Assembly: GCF_036321535.1 (NCBI RefSeq)
Contig: NC_087436.1
Span: 13,702,001-13,766,000, forward strand
DNA: 64,000 nt
Source: Camelus dromedarius
Lineage: Eukaryota
Direction of reading: 5' to 3'
Shown: positions 12,810 to 26,070 of the stretch, piece after piece
Position numbering within the stretch: position 1 is the first letter of the stretch
How the letters are laid out: each line of letters starts with the position of its first letter
The notes under the pieces: generated by a model
Seen by the model: the letters and a program-made list of their open reading frames with translations, nothing else
Databases searched by the model: none
What the model was told of the DNA's origin: nothing
Translations under genes and position numbers: made by a program

Positions 12810-12864
12810 AAATTAACGCAACATTTTAAATCGACTATACTTCAATTTAAAAAAAATTTTTTTA
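12810..12864 (+). mobile_element. Extremely truncated L1 tail
   Basis: caacattttaaatcgactatacttcaatttaaaaaaa flanked by the direct repeat aagatcttt. Confidence 0.75.
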
Positions 12865-14420
12865 AAGATCTTTAGCATCCTGATTTGTATCATCCAATAA
12901 ACTGACTCTCTGCCCCCAAATTCTGTCATTCACCAAATGAATGATATTTGAACTGAACAGATAGGGTTAATTTTAAAAACATCGTAAAACAACCTTCACC
13001 TGGAAGCTCTAATATCAGCATGATCAAGATCAGCCCAAAGTCAACCAGCATTTCTTACACACTATTTTCTGGACTATACGTCCAACACAGCATGAGATCC
13101 TGTAAATGCATAAAAGCCCCTGACCACAAACAAGAAGTTGGTATTCTCAGAGCAGCAGCAGAGACCCGAGAAAAAAGAACAGCAGAAACAGCAAGAAATC
13201 TAGGTGTTGCGAACAGGACATCTGACACCAGTATGAACTATGAACCACTCAGGTTTGAAATAATGTCAGTGGTTCTTCTCTTAAAGCGTGTGTGAGGTCT
13301 CGTGAAACCAACATATGGTAACATCTTGTGTAACAGCCCACAGAGTCCATTTTTGCAATCAGATCTTACTTAATTCAATACACCGTGTGACTTCTAAAAG
13401 CAGGCATATGTCAAATCCGAAAACTCTCCCACAGTTACCTGGATAGGGTGGGGAGGGAGGAGAGGTCTCTCGAGCAAATGGAATCATTTCCATCACAAGG
13501 AGCTGACCAGAGAACACACCATGTGCCACAGAGGTGCATGTTAATTTCTTAATTTGTCTTCTGTGAATAAACTACTTTTACTCCTAGATTAATTTGGCAT
13601 CACATTTGTACCTGCATTAAGATTCTCTCCCACTCAGTCTTCTCATTGGTTTTTCTACTTCTTTCAACCCACTCCCTTCCAAAGCAGAAGCGTCTGCTTC
13701 TAAATAAGGAGTCCACACAGGTCTCTGACTTGACATACTTCCGGTAAGTGGAAACATACACTGAGTTTCTCTTCAAGATGGGCTTGAGGGCTGGAAGACG
13801 CACGCCCACAAACGTTTGCTCATTTAAGTGGAAATTTTACTTTCATTTCTTTTGTAAAAGGATTCCATCCCATCTACCACATTTTAGAAGCATGCAATTT
13901 CTTCAAACAGAAAGTTCAAAGTAATCACATCATTTCTTCTACTACTGCCAGTACCACCAACCCTACATGGAATGGAACATTTCCATCTTGTACGGGTGAG
14001 AGTCAGCGTTCATGGACATGGAATTCAGTGTAATTTCTCATCGGGATAAAATTAATCACAAAATATCCTGGAAATCACCAATAATCATGGAACTGACAAC
14101 TGATGAATGGTCTCCGGAGCCCTCTGGACAAGGAGGGGAAAGGCGATGGAAGGGCCTTCCTCACCTCCCAGGACCCTCCCTTCCTTACTTAATCCAGAGG
14201 ACACAAGCCTCCCAGATCAGACTAAGTAGAAAGGTGCCCCACAGAAACAGAGCAAAACTGCAGCGCCTCACATCACCTACAGCATACAAGCCAGATAAGA
14301 AGCCAGGCCGATGTGATGTTCCAGAGTCCACCCTATCTCCAGCCCGCACGCTCCCCACCCAGACCAAGCCCCTTTCTCCCAGTGCTCTTTCCACCAGAAA
14401 CTCTAAAACTGAAGCCCTCA

Positions 14421-14585
14421 GGGGAGGGTGTAGCTCAAGTGGTAGAGTGCATGCTTAGCATGCAGGAGGTCCTGGGTTCAATCCCCAGTACGTCCTCTAA
14501 AAATAAATAAATCTGATTACCTCCCCCTCCCCCCGGCCCAAATAAAATCATTAAATTACATGATGATGAATAAATAAAAAATATT
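14421..14585 (+). mobile_element. vic-1-like SINE
   Basis: ggggagggtgtagctcaagtggtagagtgcatgcttagcatgcaggaggtcctgggttcaatcccc; degenerate TSD aaaactga.. Confidence 0.92.
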
Positions 14586-17500
14586 AAAACTGAGGTTGTC
14601 ACATGTTGTAATTGCCTTCCTGAAACAAACACTAGGAGACAGGCCTAGGAAGGGCGCCCCCAAGAGGCGACACCAATATTTTCAAGAAAGTAAAAGGAGG
14701 AAGGTAGGAGGAAATGGAAGTGAGAAAGCTGTTTCATCACGTTCTCAAGTCAGTCCTTCCTTCCTCTACCTGCTTTTAAACCGACACTTGTTCTCATCGC
14801 TTTAAACTGTTTTGTTTTTAAACCCAGAGGTTTCCCCCTGCACGTTCACAGGTGGATAGATTATCTGCATTACTGCAACCAGTCTGCACACTCTATTTTT
14901 AAAACCAGTTCTCTTTTTTCAGTATTTTCAAACATGCCACATAGTTTTCTCCAGTAACTGGAAAAGGATGCACTAAATATAAAACTTACATTTTCCAACC
15001 CACACAGATCTACCAATGCCAACGGCCAGGAGCTCCAGAGCAGCTTACTCTCTGTCCTGTTTTCATACACTGGGTTCTGTCGATTTGTAAATTTACATTT
15101 TTAAAAGTAACCTGCTCTTTAAAGAGGCAAGCTGTCACCTGTTTTATATTACCTAATGTCAAAATCTGAAAGTAAGTGGAGGCTAAACTATTTCACCCCC
15201 AGATCTGAAATCCCATTGACTCCACACTGCTATCCGCGTCGGAGAGACAGAAGTCAGCGGCGGGGGCCCGTCAGGCGCAGGCAGGCGGGGGTTTACTGCG
15301 TGCCCGAGAAATTCGGGGCGGACCAGGGGAGAGAGCAGCTGCTCACACAACCAGTGTGGCCAACACTCGAAACATACAGGACCAGAAATCAAAGAAGCCT
15401 CCCAAGTTGTAAAACTATGGTACCAAAAAGATGGAAGGAAGGAAAAACTAAGGCAAGGTGGTCCACTAAGGCAGGAAAGGCTAACACTTGGGCAGGGGCA
15501 GGTCACCCGTCGATACTGGACAGAGTGCCGGCCACACCCTCAGCACTGTCAGGGGGCAGCACCACCCAGACAGTGCAGTCTTCAAGGGGAGCCATCCTTC
15601 CCCAGAGACAGTCCCCGCTCCCCTCACCACAGTACCTCCTAGAAGCCGGCACAGAAAGCCAATCAGATCTTCCCATAGAAACTACAACACTAAAACTGTA
15701 AAATCAAAGGGCTACATACGTTCTAGCTAAAGGCATCAAACAAACAGCAGTGACAATGCTGCACAAAACCTAAGACCCAGGGACAAGTCCTCTAAATAAT
15801 TAACATAAAGCAATAAACTCAAGCCATAACCCTGAGCTTCTGTGTTAGCCGTGACCTTATAGACCACAGCGTCTGAATCTCTCCTTTGGCAGGCCAGGAA
15901 GTGGAAGCCCAGAGGACCACCTGCCATGGTCAGGGATCGAGCTAGAAGCCACGTGAGAAACCCAGGCCTCCTACCAACCAATCATGTGCTACTAGATAAG
16001 CTTACCTTCTTCACCAGAGTCCCTGAAAACAGACAAAAAGCACAGACAGCTATTATATAAGCTGTCTCCAAAACAACACACAGAACAAACAAATATATGA
16101 CTTCCCTGTGACACACTTTACCTGCCAGCAGTGTCCACCATTAAAAACTATATACTTCTGTGCCTGTGATGAGCTACCTTTCTTTTTGGTGTCTTTAAAA
16201 TTTACAAAGTATTAGGAGAAGACGTGGTCTGCCGGTCCCAAGTAGCCACGGCTCCTGGCCGTCCCCTCCTCCCTGGCCGTGTGCATCGGCGCCCTTCCCC
16301 AAACCACGTGCACCGGAAGGGAACTCTCAGGGTGCAGAGCTTTGTGAAGGGCTACCTAGCACACACAGCCAGTGGCCCAATTCCCCCTTTGACTTTCTGC
16401 AGGAGAGAACGAAAAAGTCAAACAGAAGTGACTTAAAGAAAGATGGGAGAGAAAGCCAGCCTTGCACACGCAGAGTGAGGTGTGCTGGTCAAACAGCCTC
16501 AGTGAGGAGAGTGGGACCAGGGCGGCCCCGATCCCGGTTGGCCTTTACTGAATTAGCTCATCTTGCTACACCAAACACGACTTTCGTAATGAGAAACGTA
16601 GTCAGAAAACTGTGAGAAGTAAGGGCAGGGCTGATGTTCCCCTAGGATGGCCTCCCTTACCTGACTGCCTGCGGCCTCTGTTGATTGGCTGGAATCCCAG
16701 GTATCACCCTGACCCCGGGTAAAAAACAAAAAAAACTTTCTGTAAAATCTATGAGGCTGACTGCACAGTGAGGGTGATAGCTTCTTTTCTGGGTGTGATT
16801 TCCATTCGGACATTCATTTTAATTTTAACACGAGCTAACTGCAGGCTATTTCCTACAATCCCGTCAGTAAGAATATGCTAACTAAAGAGCACAGGAAAAT
16901 TCAACAGCAAAACCTGAGGTTAGCTAGAAGCACGCAACCTCCTTTCTGACTGCTCCCCTCAGCACCTCCTTCAAAACAGCCACCCAACTGTGCAAATGTT
17001 AGCCTTAATGCATTTCTGAACCTCAGTTCCTCTTCCTCAAAGACTTTCCCTTCTTTTTTACCCAAAGTCTTACCTTCGGGCTTTGCATCTGATCTAGTCT
17101 CATCCCACACAATGCAGTGATGCTTTCTTTTAAAAGTTTAATTTTTTGTTTACTATTATGCCTCTCTCCCCTCTCCATCTCATTCCTGAGACATCTGCCC
17201 CCTTCTCCAGCCTCAGACGAACTGCCTAACCTCACGTCTCACAGAAGGAATCCCATTCAACAAACAGTAATGGAGATAAACTTTAGGAAATCCCTAAATT
17301 TCACAAATACTTCTACTTAAAAAGCATCGTAATCCTGACTGTTTTCATGAACGTGGTTTGCTGATGTCTGACATAACACATGGGACTTTACCTTCACAGG
17401 AAACTCTATTCTGGGTCTTATTTTGAAGTGAAATGGTAAAGACACAACAAATGTCCAAAGAGAAAAATACAGGTCGTCCTATAGGCACAATGTTCTTCAA

Positions 17501-18749
17501 TTTTTTTTAAGACCAAAGAAAACACAGTACCATACAGATATTACATGATAGTTAAGTGAATAGACAAAGCCACAAAAACCTACGCAATCCTGAAGTCCTG
17601 TAAAGCCGAACCACCGAGTACTCAGAGTGGGCTAAGGGAAAACCCAGGAGCCCTCCGGCCCGGGCAAAGGCCACGGGGATTTCCTCTGACTTTTCCGAAT
17701 CACCAAAGGCAACTATAGGCAGGGCCTCAGGCCAACCCAGAGCTGAAAGTGGTCCGTGGGAGGTAGGAGTGGGAGGATGGGGAGGCCCTGTGGGTTGGGG
17801 TGTAAGGACCAGAGTGAAAGTAAAGAATGGAAAAATTGAGGGGCGGATGGAAACAGGCGTGGCGAACACTGAGAGCTGGGAACGGCCACCTTCTAGGCAA
17901 GCTCTCGACTCATTCCAGAAACATCTACTAAAGGCACCCCAGTGACGTGCTGGGGCTGCAAAAATTAAAAACAGAAGGACCTTACTCTGAGAGAACTTCA
18001 TCTAGCAGAGTGAAGGCACAGGCCAGAGAGTCAGGCAGGCAGAGATCAGAATACTCTCAGAAGGAGCCAGAGGCAGGGGGAGGGGCCAGTCTTCTTGAAA
18101 GCTACACCCTGGACCTTCTTAGCCCTGAATCTTCCTTTGCTTCCATCCTGCCTCACCTGATGCCCAGCACATGGCCTCCATCCCAGCCCACCACCCACCA
18201 CCGCCCATCCCCCGAAGAAAAGAGCCCATCCTTCTGAGGCCTCCTAATATTTGCACATAATGAAAGCCAGCACACCTATTTACTACACCCTTAGGAACTT
18301 AGAAAGTTGAAATTAAAGGGCACACAACAGGAACTCAAAACCCACAAGCTGAAGCTTCAAAGATGAGAATGTCCCATTTCATAAAAGGCGGTTAAGGGTT
18401 CCCACTTCTCTGTTCCATGGTCTCTCCCAGCTCCCCCACCACAGCCCCAGACTGACTCACGCTTGAGTCCCCACTGTCTTCACGACTCAGATCCCACGGT
18501 TCCCTCACATCCAGAGGGGAGGCCAGAGGCCCCAGTGTACATGCAATTCTACTCTAAGCCATTCTGCTCTGAGACACAGCCTCAGGAGAAGCGGACACCA
18601 GACTCGCAGGGGTTATGTTCAGCAGGAGCGTTCCGGAGTGTCTGCCTCCTTCTCTACATTGTTGAAAGACTGTGAAATTAACACGTATCTCTTCTGTAAC
18701 AAGAATAAGAAAGAAAACAAAGAACAACAGCAAAACAGAGACCACACAG

Positions 18750-19097
18750 GCTCCAACCGGAAAGAACCTCGAGGACATGACGCTCAGTGAAATAAGCCAG
18801 TCCCCGAAGGACAAACACTGTGATGCTTCCACTTACACGAGGTGCTGAGGGTGGTCATGCTCATAGTAGCAGGAAGCAGAAGCGTGGCTGTCAGGGGCTG
18901 GGGGACCAGGAATGGAGCCGGTAGGTAAAAAGCACAGAGCTGCAGTTTCGCAAGATGAAAAGAGTTCTGTGGATGGACGGTGGTGATGGTCGCACAGCAT
19001 GAATGTATTTAATGCCACTAAACTGTATACTCAAAAATGGTTAAAATGGTAAATTGTATATTATATATATATATGTATCACAATTAAAATAAATAAA
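18750..19097 (+). mobile_element. L1MB-type 3' end
   Basis: cagtgaaataagccagtc ... ggtggtgatggtcgcacagcatgaatgtatttaatgccactaaactg ... aaaatggttaaaatgg. Confidence 0.85.
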
Positions 19098-22000
19098 GGT
19101 TTTAAAAGAGCAGTCTTTGGGAACGTATCATATCTAAACTAGGGTCCATCTGTATTTAACAAGACATATTTTTCTTGGGGGATGCACAGACTGTCTACTT
19201 CCTAACCAGCACATCAGGGGCGGATACGTGTACTGAGACACTCCTGCCTAGAAAGCCAGGGCCCAGAATTTTCCTGGGAGAAACAGCCACCCCTTTCCCT
19301 TCCAATGATATCAGCACCATTACCCCGAACACAACCACCACAATTAGCCAAATACCTAACACATATTCACCTGATACAAGTTGTCTCCTCGGCCACCCCA
19401 GAAGAGTAGGTATCGTCCCCAGTCTACACGTGAAGAGACAAGGCCCAAGAGGACACCACTGAAAGCGGCTGAAGCCTGTGTGTGTCCCCGCTCGGGGTTC
19501 CCCTGGCCCCTGTCTCTCACACACACACACAGGGCACTGGCTTCCCTGGGGGCAGAGTGGGGACAGGACTGCAAGTCCCTCCACCCACCCATTCCTGCAG
19601 CCCATCCACGTGGGCCACCTGCTCTACAACCTCAGGGCGCCACTGAACTGCTGCATACAAAGACCTCAACAGAAAAAGCAGACGCTCCGACCATCCCCTA
19701 GAAGGTTCCTCAGGGCTTCCCATTAACTGGCTCCAAAGAGAAACTAAGCCATGCTCCAGGTCTTTACCTGTGATCATTAACCCAACTCAAGTACGAATCC
19801 CCGGCCCCACGTGTAACTCAAAGGGCTCCTGGCCCAGCCCAGCCAGTCAGTAGGGAAAGGAGAGGTCTTCCTTCCCGAGCTTGAGCCACTGCTTCTCCAC
19901 CTCCCCGCCTCAGCGCCCGATACAGGACACTAAGCTGCTCCGGGGGCCCGGGGCCTCCCCAGCTTCCTGCCTAAAATGTGAAAAATAATTAAAGGCTCAT
20001 TGTCTATTCTTAAGATACAAACTAAGCACTCTAGCTTTGCGGTTTAAGATTTTTTTTAAAAAAATCTCCCAAATCTTAAGTAAAATCAGCACCCAAGAAG
20101 ATGGACCACAGATGTTCAAAGCCTCCAGAGACCCCCACCCCCTAAGTCAGATCAGAGGAAGAAAAGGGCATGTCTGTCCAGGCCCGGGAGGTCCCTGCAT
20201 CCCTCACGTGGCATTTCTGTCCTGGGCTTCACCCTGCCAGTTTTGTTTTCACATGCATCACTGTAAATTCCCTGTGGTCGAGCGAGGGCTGTCAGACTTC
20301 CCTGTCCTCCACGGCATCCAACCCTGTTTCTTACACCCAGCAGACCCTTGGTAGAGCAGTTCTTCAAAGAGTCCTTGTGTGAAAGAAGAGTGTGACAACA
20401 GCCAAGAGGCCATCTTCCTAGAGACTCAGTGAATTTCTGCCTCAAAGCCTAAGAAGCCACTTGGCTCTGATGCAAACCAAGAAGAGGGCACCAATTGATC
20501 CGACCGCCTGAAGGACCATTTTCCTTTGTCCCTGCTGCTACAATTGGCCAGGTCATATATGCACTAAATTCATGTATCTGCTTTAAAATTACATTTGCCC
20601 ACTGTTTCCCTCTAATGCAGACCCAAGAATTCAAGTTTCAAATTGCTCACAGTGCATCCTCAAAACGTGCTGGCCAACAGGTAAAGATGTTCAAACTCCT
20701 CCCACAGCAATTAAGTGTCTCCCTGCTTTTGTCCTAGTTTCTCTCCACTTTGATGTCAGTGTCACCTGAGGTTTGAGTACAACTTCACAGCCCCCAAGGC
20801 AAGGATAAAAGTGGGAGACCTATGATCCATTTGGGTTTGGGTCCAAAGTCTTCAACTTCAAAACTAAGTACGCTGGGCCACTACCAAATTTTCTATCACA
20901 GCTTTTGTCACTTCAGCAACTCTCCTTGAAAGCTTGGCCCCAAGCAAGCAACTCAGAAAGATAATATTTATGTATGACATCAGGACAAGTGTTGTCGAAA
21001 TCGCAGAGAGCTTTCTCAACCAAATCTCTAAGCAAAGAACACAAAGTATCGCCTGCCGCCACCCCATCCCATCCACTCTGAACGCCCACGGCCAACTCAC
21101 CCACTTGACAAGCCACTCACACAAGAGAGTACCACCCCTCCAGGAGGGCGGGCAGAAACGTACTGCGCATAAAGACTATAAACTGATCACAGGGCAGACA
21201 GAAAGGTGGTCAAGAGTTTAAAATACAGCAAATGAACCAATGTCTGTAGGACCCCAACAACTAGGATTCCCAGGTGGCTGCCCTGATGTGGAGCAAACAG
21301 ACAAGGGAAAGACCCACCAGTCAATGCCTAAATGACCAGCACTGTGTCCCCCGGAGTCTAAGATTCCATCCAAAAGCTGAACACTGGCTCTGAACTACCC
21401 TCAGGATACTGCGAAGAGAGTCTGGGCCCCCAGATAGGCACTGAGTTTTACAGGAAACCTATACTAACTGATACCAAAGTCTGTCTTTATTTTTTTGAAA
21501 CTATCACCCATGATTTGAATCAATATGAAATTTCTCAATAACTTAACCCAATTCTGCCTTTCCAAGCATCACGAAGCCAGAATCTCACAAGTCTAGCCCG
21601 CCCCCCACCCTGCAACATCACACACGCGGCGTTGTCACACACGATTTCCCTGCAGGGCGAGCTAATGCTGAGACAAAGCTAAGTTCTTCACTGTGTTTTC
21701 AAGCTTTTCTAGGCCAGTAACAGTTGCTCAGCTAATGGCACATGCTGCTTATTTTCACAGACCTCGACCCTGGGCTCAGCCACGTCTGGTTCTGCTTCCT
21801 CTTCGGATCTGCTCCTGGATGCCCTGCCTCGCCCCCTGGCTGCCACAGCTTTCTCTGACACCCAAAACACTGCCTTTTGAAATACTCAGGAGCATCCAAC
21901 AGGGCTATCCAAAGTTGCTCAGGAAATGACATTTCTACATTAAGTGGTCAACCCTACCGTCACAGGGCAGAGCACGTTCGGGGGGAACTTGTAAGAACTC

Positions 22001-23039
22001 AAACACCTGCTGACTTGCCTCAGTTCTAAACTCGGCCCAGGCTGGAGTCAAGGGACCGTCCTGCGGGTGCGCCCCGTTCAGAAACGTTCTGCTCGGCAAA
22101 AGGCTTCGTGGGTTCTTTTCACCCCGTTATTAAATACACACTTGAAATAAGTTTAGGAAGAAAACTAGTGAGGTAAACAAATCACCTTGAAACCTCATCA
22201 CTCAAGTCGGGCAAATTCTCAAGACATTAAAATAGGGTCCCAAAAGACTCCTAACTCCATATAAAGTTTAAAAGAGGTGAATCACAGAGTGAGTCTTAAA
22301 AAAACAAAGAAGCAGCAGCAGCTATAAGCACACTGAGTAATTTAACTAGGTTATCACAGGAAATCAGGCATGTGCCAAAACAGACTTTCAACTTCTGAGT
22401 AACAAAGTTTGGGAACACATGATTGCATAAACACACATACTGCCCAGAAAATAACTTAAAAACCTTAACTGTTAAAAACCTTCGAAAAGCATCTCTTTCA
22501 TTGCTACCGTATTCTTCATGAGCCCACGGAACCAAGTGTCAGGTGAACAAAAGGTTCCTCGCCTAAATGCTAGAAAAGCTACTGAGCCCTACACTCCATG
22601 AGTTTCATTCAATTCCGTTTTGTACTGAGCACCCAACACGTCCCTGGCAAGGGCAGATCTGTCCTTGTGGGGCTTGAAACTTATTGCTTGGGGTGGGGAG
22701 GGGTTGTTTAAGGGGGAAAAAAATACACAATATATTTTACTTCTGAAAATTTAATAAAAACATAACCATGTGAACACACTCCTAGGCTCCCTCCCAGGGC
22801 CTTGGGAAGGACCCGTGAAACAGAGTCTAAGCGTGTCTGTGTCTGAGTAGGTTGGGGCGGGCAGGAGACACTTCCTAGACGGGGGATGTCCAGGCAGAGA
22901 TGACCTGTAGGAGGCGTGGGAGGAAACCTCCAGGCTCAGGAAACAAGTCCAGTGGTGGGAAACAAAGAAAAGACGTCAACCACTTGCATTAATAAATGAA
23001 TGTGAAAGAAAGGTACATAACACCAATCTGGGCTCTTAG

Positions 23040-24330
23040 ATTGAAATTACAAAGATTAACAAAATGCTGGTGGCTCAGTGCTGGGAAGTCTGTGGGCAAA
23101 CAGCAGCCCTAAAACCCTGGCATGAGACTAAAACTCAGAACCACCTTTCAGGAGGGCAATTTGGGAATATCTTTCAAAGGCTTTAACACATGCCCACTTT
23201 TTGACCCAGTAATTCCAGTTCTCGGAATGCCTCCTAAAGAAGTAACTGTTCAAAGATGCAAATGCAAATGTGGGTTTTTTTTCTTTTTTCCTTTTAAATA
23301 AATCCCATAAAGTATTAGACTTTAAATTATGGAACATTTATATAATGTACTACAAAGCAAACATGAGAAGCGATGGTCAGAATACATTAAGTTTAAAAAC
23401 CAAGCTACAATAACTTGAAAAAAATATCTGCACCCCCGTGTTCAGAGCAGCATTATTTACAACGGCCAGGACACAGAAGTAGCCTAAGTGTCCACCGATG
23501 GATGAATGGATAAAGAAGATGTGGTATATATGTACAATGGGATATTACTCAGCCATTAAAATAAAAAAAAAAAAACGAAATTCTGCCATTTGCAACAACA
23601 TGGATGGACCTTAAGGGCATTGTGCAAAGTGAAATAAGTCAGACGGAGAAAGATAAATAGTGTATGACCTCATTTATGTATGGAATCTAAAAACCAAAAA
23701 CTTGCAGAAAAAGAGATCAGACATATGGTTACCAGAGGTGGCAGATGAAGGAAGGGGGAATTGGAGGCAAGCGTCAAAAGGTATAAATTTCCAGTTACGA
23801 GATAAGTAAGTATCAGGGACGTAATGTAAAACATGACGACTACAGTTAGCGCTGCTGTAGGATATACAGGAAAGTTGTTGAGAGAGTGAATCCTAAGAGT
23901 TCTTAACACAAGGAAAAAAATTTTTTCATGTTTTGCTTTTTCTTTTTATTGTATCAATTCAACATGGATGTTCACTAAACTTTTTGTAGTAATCATTTCA
24001 CAATATATGTAAGTCAACTCACTACACCGTACACCTTAAACTTACACAGTGATGTTTGTCAATTATATCTCAGTAAAGCTGGAAAAAAGGGAAAAAATCA
24101 AGTTACAAGGTTATATGTGTCAAAAAATCTTATTTAAAAAATATACAGTAAAAACAGTTTCCTCTGTATAGCAAAGGGAGCTATGTTCAATATCTTGTAA
24201 TAACTTTTAATGAAAAAAATATGAAAATGAATATATGTATGTATATGCATGACTGGGACATTGTGCTGCACACCAGAAACTGACACATTATAACTGACTG
24301 TACTTCAATAAAATTTTTTAATTAAAAAAA
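23040..24330 (+). mobile_element. Cluster of nested L1 fragments (old L1ME-like; L1MA9-like ~23420-24090; young tail ~24153-24330)
   Basis: Successive L1 3' motifs. Degenerate TSDs aaccaagctacaa/aatcaagttacaa and aaatatacagtaaaaa/aaatgtacagtaaaaa. Confidence 0.85.
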
Positions 24331-24399
24331 TTAAAATGTACAGTAAAAATAATACACTATTTAACAGAAAAAAGTTCTGGTAGGATACATTAAAAACTT

Positions 24400-25380
24400 T
24401 CAGTATACAACTCAACAACAGATACAATTAACCCAATTAAAAATGGGCAAAGGAACTGAACAGCCATTTCTCCAAAGAATACAGATGGCCAATAAGCACA
24501 TAAAAAGATGCTCAACATGACTAGTCATTAGAGAAATGCAAATCCAAACCACAATGAGATACTTCATACCCACTAGCACAGCTATAATCAAAAAGTCAGC
24601 TAATAAGTGCTGATGGGGGTGTAAAGAAATCTGAACCCTCATTCACTGCTGGTCGGAATATAAAATGGTCCAGACACTTTGGAAAACAGCTCAGCAGTTC
24701 CTCAAAATGTTGCACATCGAGTTACCATAGGAACCAGCAAATCCACACTGAGCTATATATCCCTAACAGAATTAAAAACATATGTCCACACAAAAACCTG
24801 CACACCAATGTTCACAGCAGCATTATTCATAACAGCCCCAAACTGGAAACATCTCAAAAGTACAGAGATTGATGAATGGATAGACATGTGGTATATCCAC
24901 ACAAGGGCACGTTATTTGGTAATACAAAGGAAAGAAATACTGAAGCATGCTACAATGTGGTAAACTTTGAAAACATTATGTCAAATGAAAGGAGCCAGTC
25001 GCAAAAGACTGACCACATACTGCATGATTCCCTTTATATAAAATATTCAGAGCAGACAAGCCCAGAAAGACAGAAAGTAAACTGGTGGTTGTCAGGGACT
25101 GGATTGAAAGGATGGGAAGTGACTGCAAATGGGTGTGAGGTTTCTTCTGAGGGTGACGAAAATGTTCTAAAATTAGATGGTGGTGTAAAATGACTATAAC
25201 TCATTAAAAAAAAGTTTAAAAAAATAAAAATAAAATAATAAAAATAAAATTAGATGGTGGTGATGACTACACAGCTGCTAATATACTAAAAACCACTGGA
25301 CTGGGCACCTACACAGGGTGCATGCATGTGGGATTGTGTGAACTGTAAATTAAATCTCAATAAAGCTGCTGTTTTTTAAA
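24400..25380 (+). mobile_element. L1MB-type ORF2 end and 3'UTR
   Basis: ORF 24679-24963 contains KTYVHTKTCTPMFTAALFITAPNWK (L1 ORF2 C-terminus); ends ctcaataaagctg. Confidence 0.88.
25186..25245 (+). mobile_element. Tiny young L1 tail inserted in an older L1
   Basis: Perfect 17-bp direct repeat aaaattagatggtggtg at 25169-25185 and 25246-25262. Confidence 0.85.
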
Positions 25381-25469
25381 ATACAGTAACTATTTCCATA
25401 AAGGTGCTTTAATTTTCTTCCTTATATTCTACGGTATTTTCTAAGAAAAAAATTAACAGGCATTACACC

Positions 25470-25650
25470 TCCCAGCTGAGCAAGCTTGAGTGAGTATTAA
25501 CTGTAACTTTAGTTTCCTATTATAAAATGGGGATGGTAATTCCACCCACCTTAATAGTATCCAGCTCACAGTTTTTCTGGAGGATTGAATGAGATTCCAT
25601 TTGTAAAGGGCTTTAAAGTGTCGAGCACAAAGCAGGCACTCAAAAACAAG
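25470..25650 (+). mobile_element. MIR SINE
   Basis: agtttcctattataaaatggggatggtaat ... aggattgaatgaga core. Confidence 0.65.
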
Positions 25651-25889
25651 CTTTGCGATCTCTTAAGCATTTAAATGAAAAAATGATTTCCATTTTGAAA
25701 ACGGAAACATGTCCTCCTACTTACGTCACTACACATTCTTGACTCGTTTCTCATCGTTTAAGCAGCAGTTCTCACGGGAGCTGAGACAAACTGGCCCAGG
25801 GCAAAGCCACTGAGGTGCTAGAGTCACAAGGCACTTGCTTGACGACAGCCTCCCGTCCTGTCGGGGAGTGTTTGCTACTGAGTGGAGCC

Positions 25890-26070
25890 CACACCACGAG
25901 CTTTATGTGCACGTGCACTAAACCTTCCCAGCAGCTGTGGCAAACGGACATTAGTCTGTTTTACAGAAGTGAAATCAAGGCTTGCAGGGGTTTGCTTGAC
26001 CAAGCTTTCCCAGGGTGAGGGGCTGAACCAGGTCTCAAACCCAGGTTTCTGCTTCCAAAGTCTGTGCCAG
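25890..26070 (-). mobile_element. MIR SINE
   Basis: ttttacagaagtgaaatcaaggct ... tcaaacccagg. Confidence 0.55.

Noticed and set aside
14421..14495. tRNA-Ala-like gene (and seven similar copies)
   Set aside because: Dispersed, diverged copies with AT-rich tails and TSDs; these are tRNA-derived SINEs, not tRNA genes.
15156..15701. 181-aa ORF
   Set aside because: No recognisable homology; composition is typical of a chance ORF in GC-rich intron.
23256..23269. Overlapping double octamer ATGCAAATGCAAAT
   Set aside because: Lies within decayed L1 sequence, where this motif also occurs in other copies; no supporting context.
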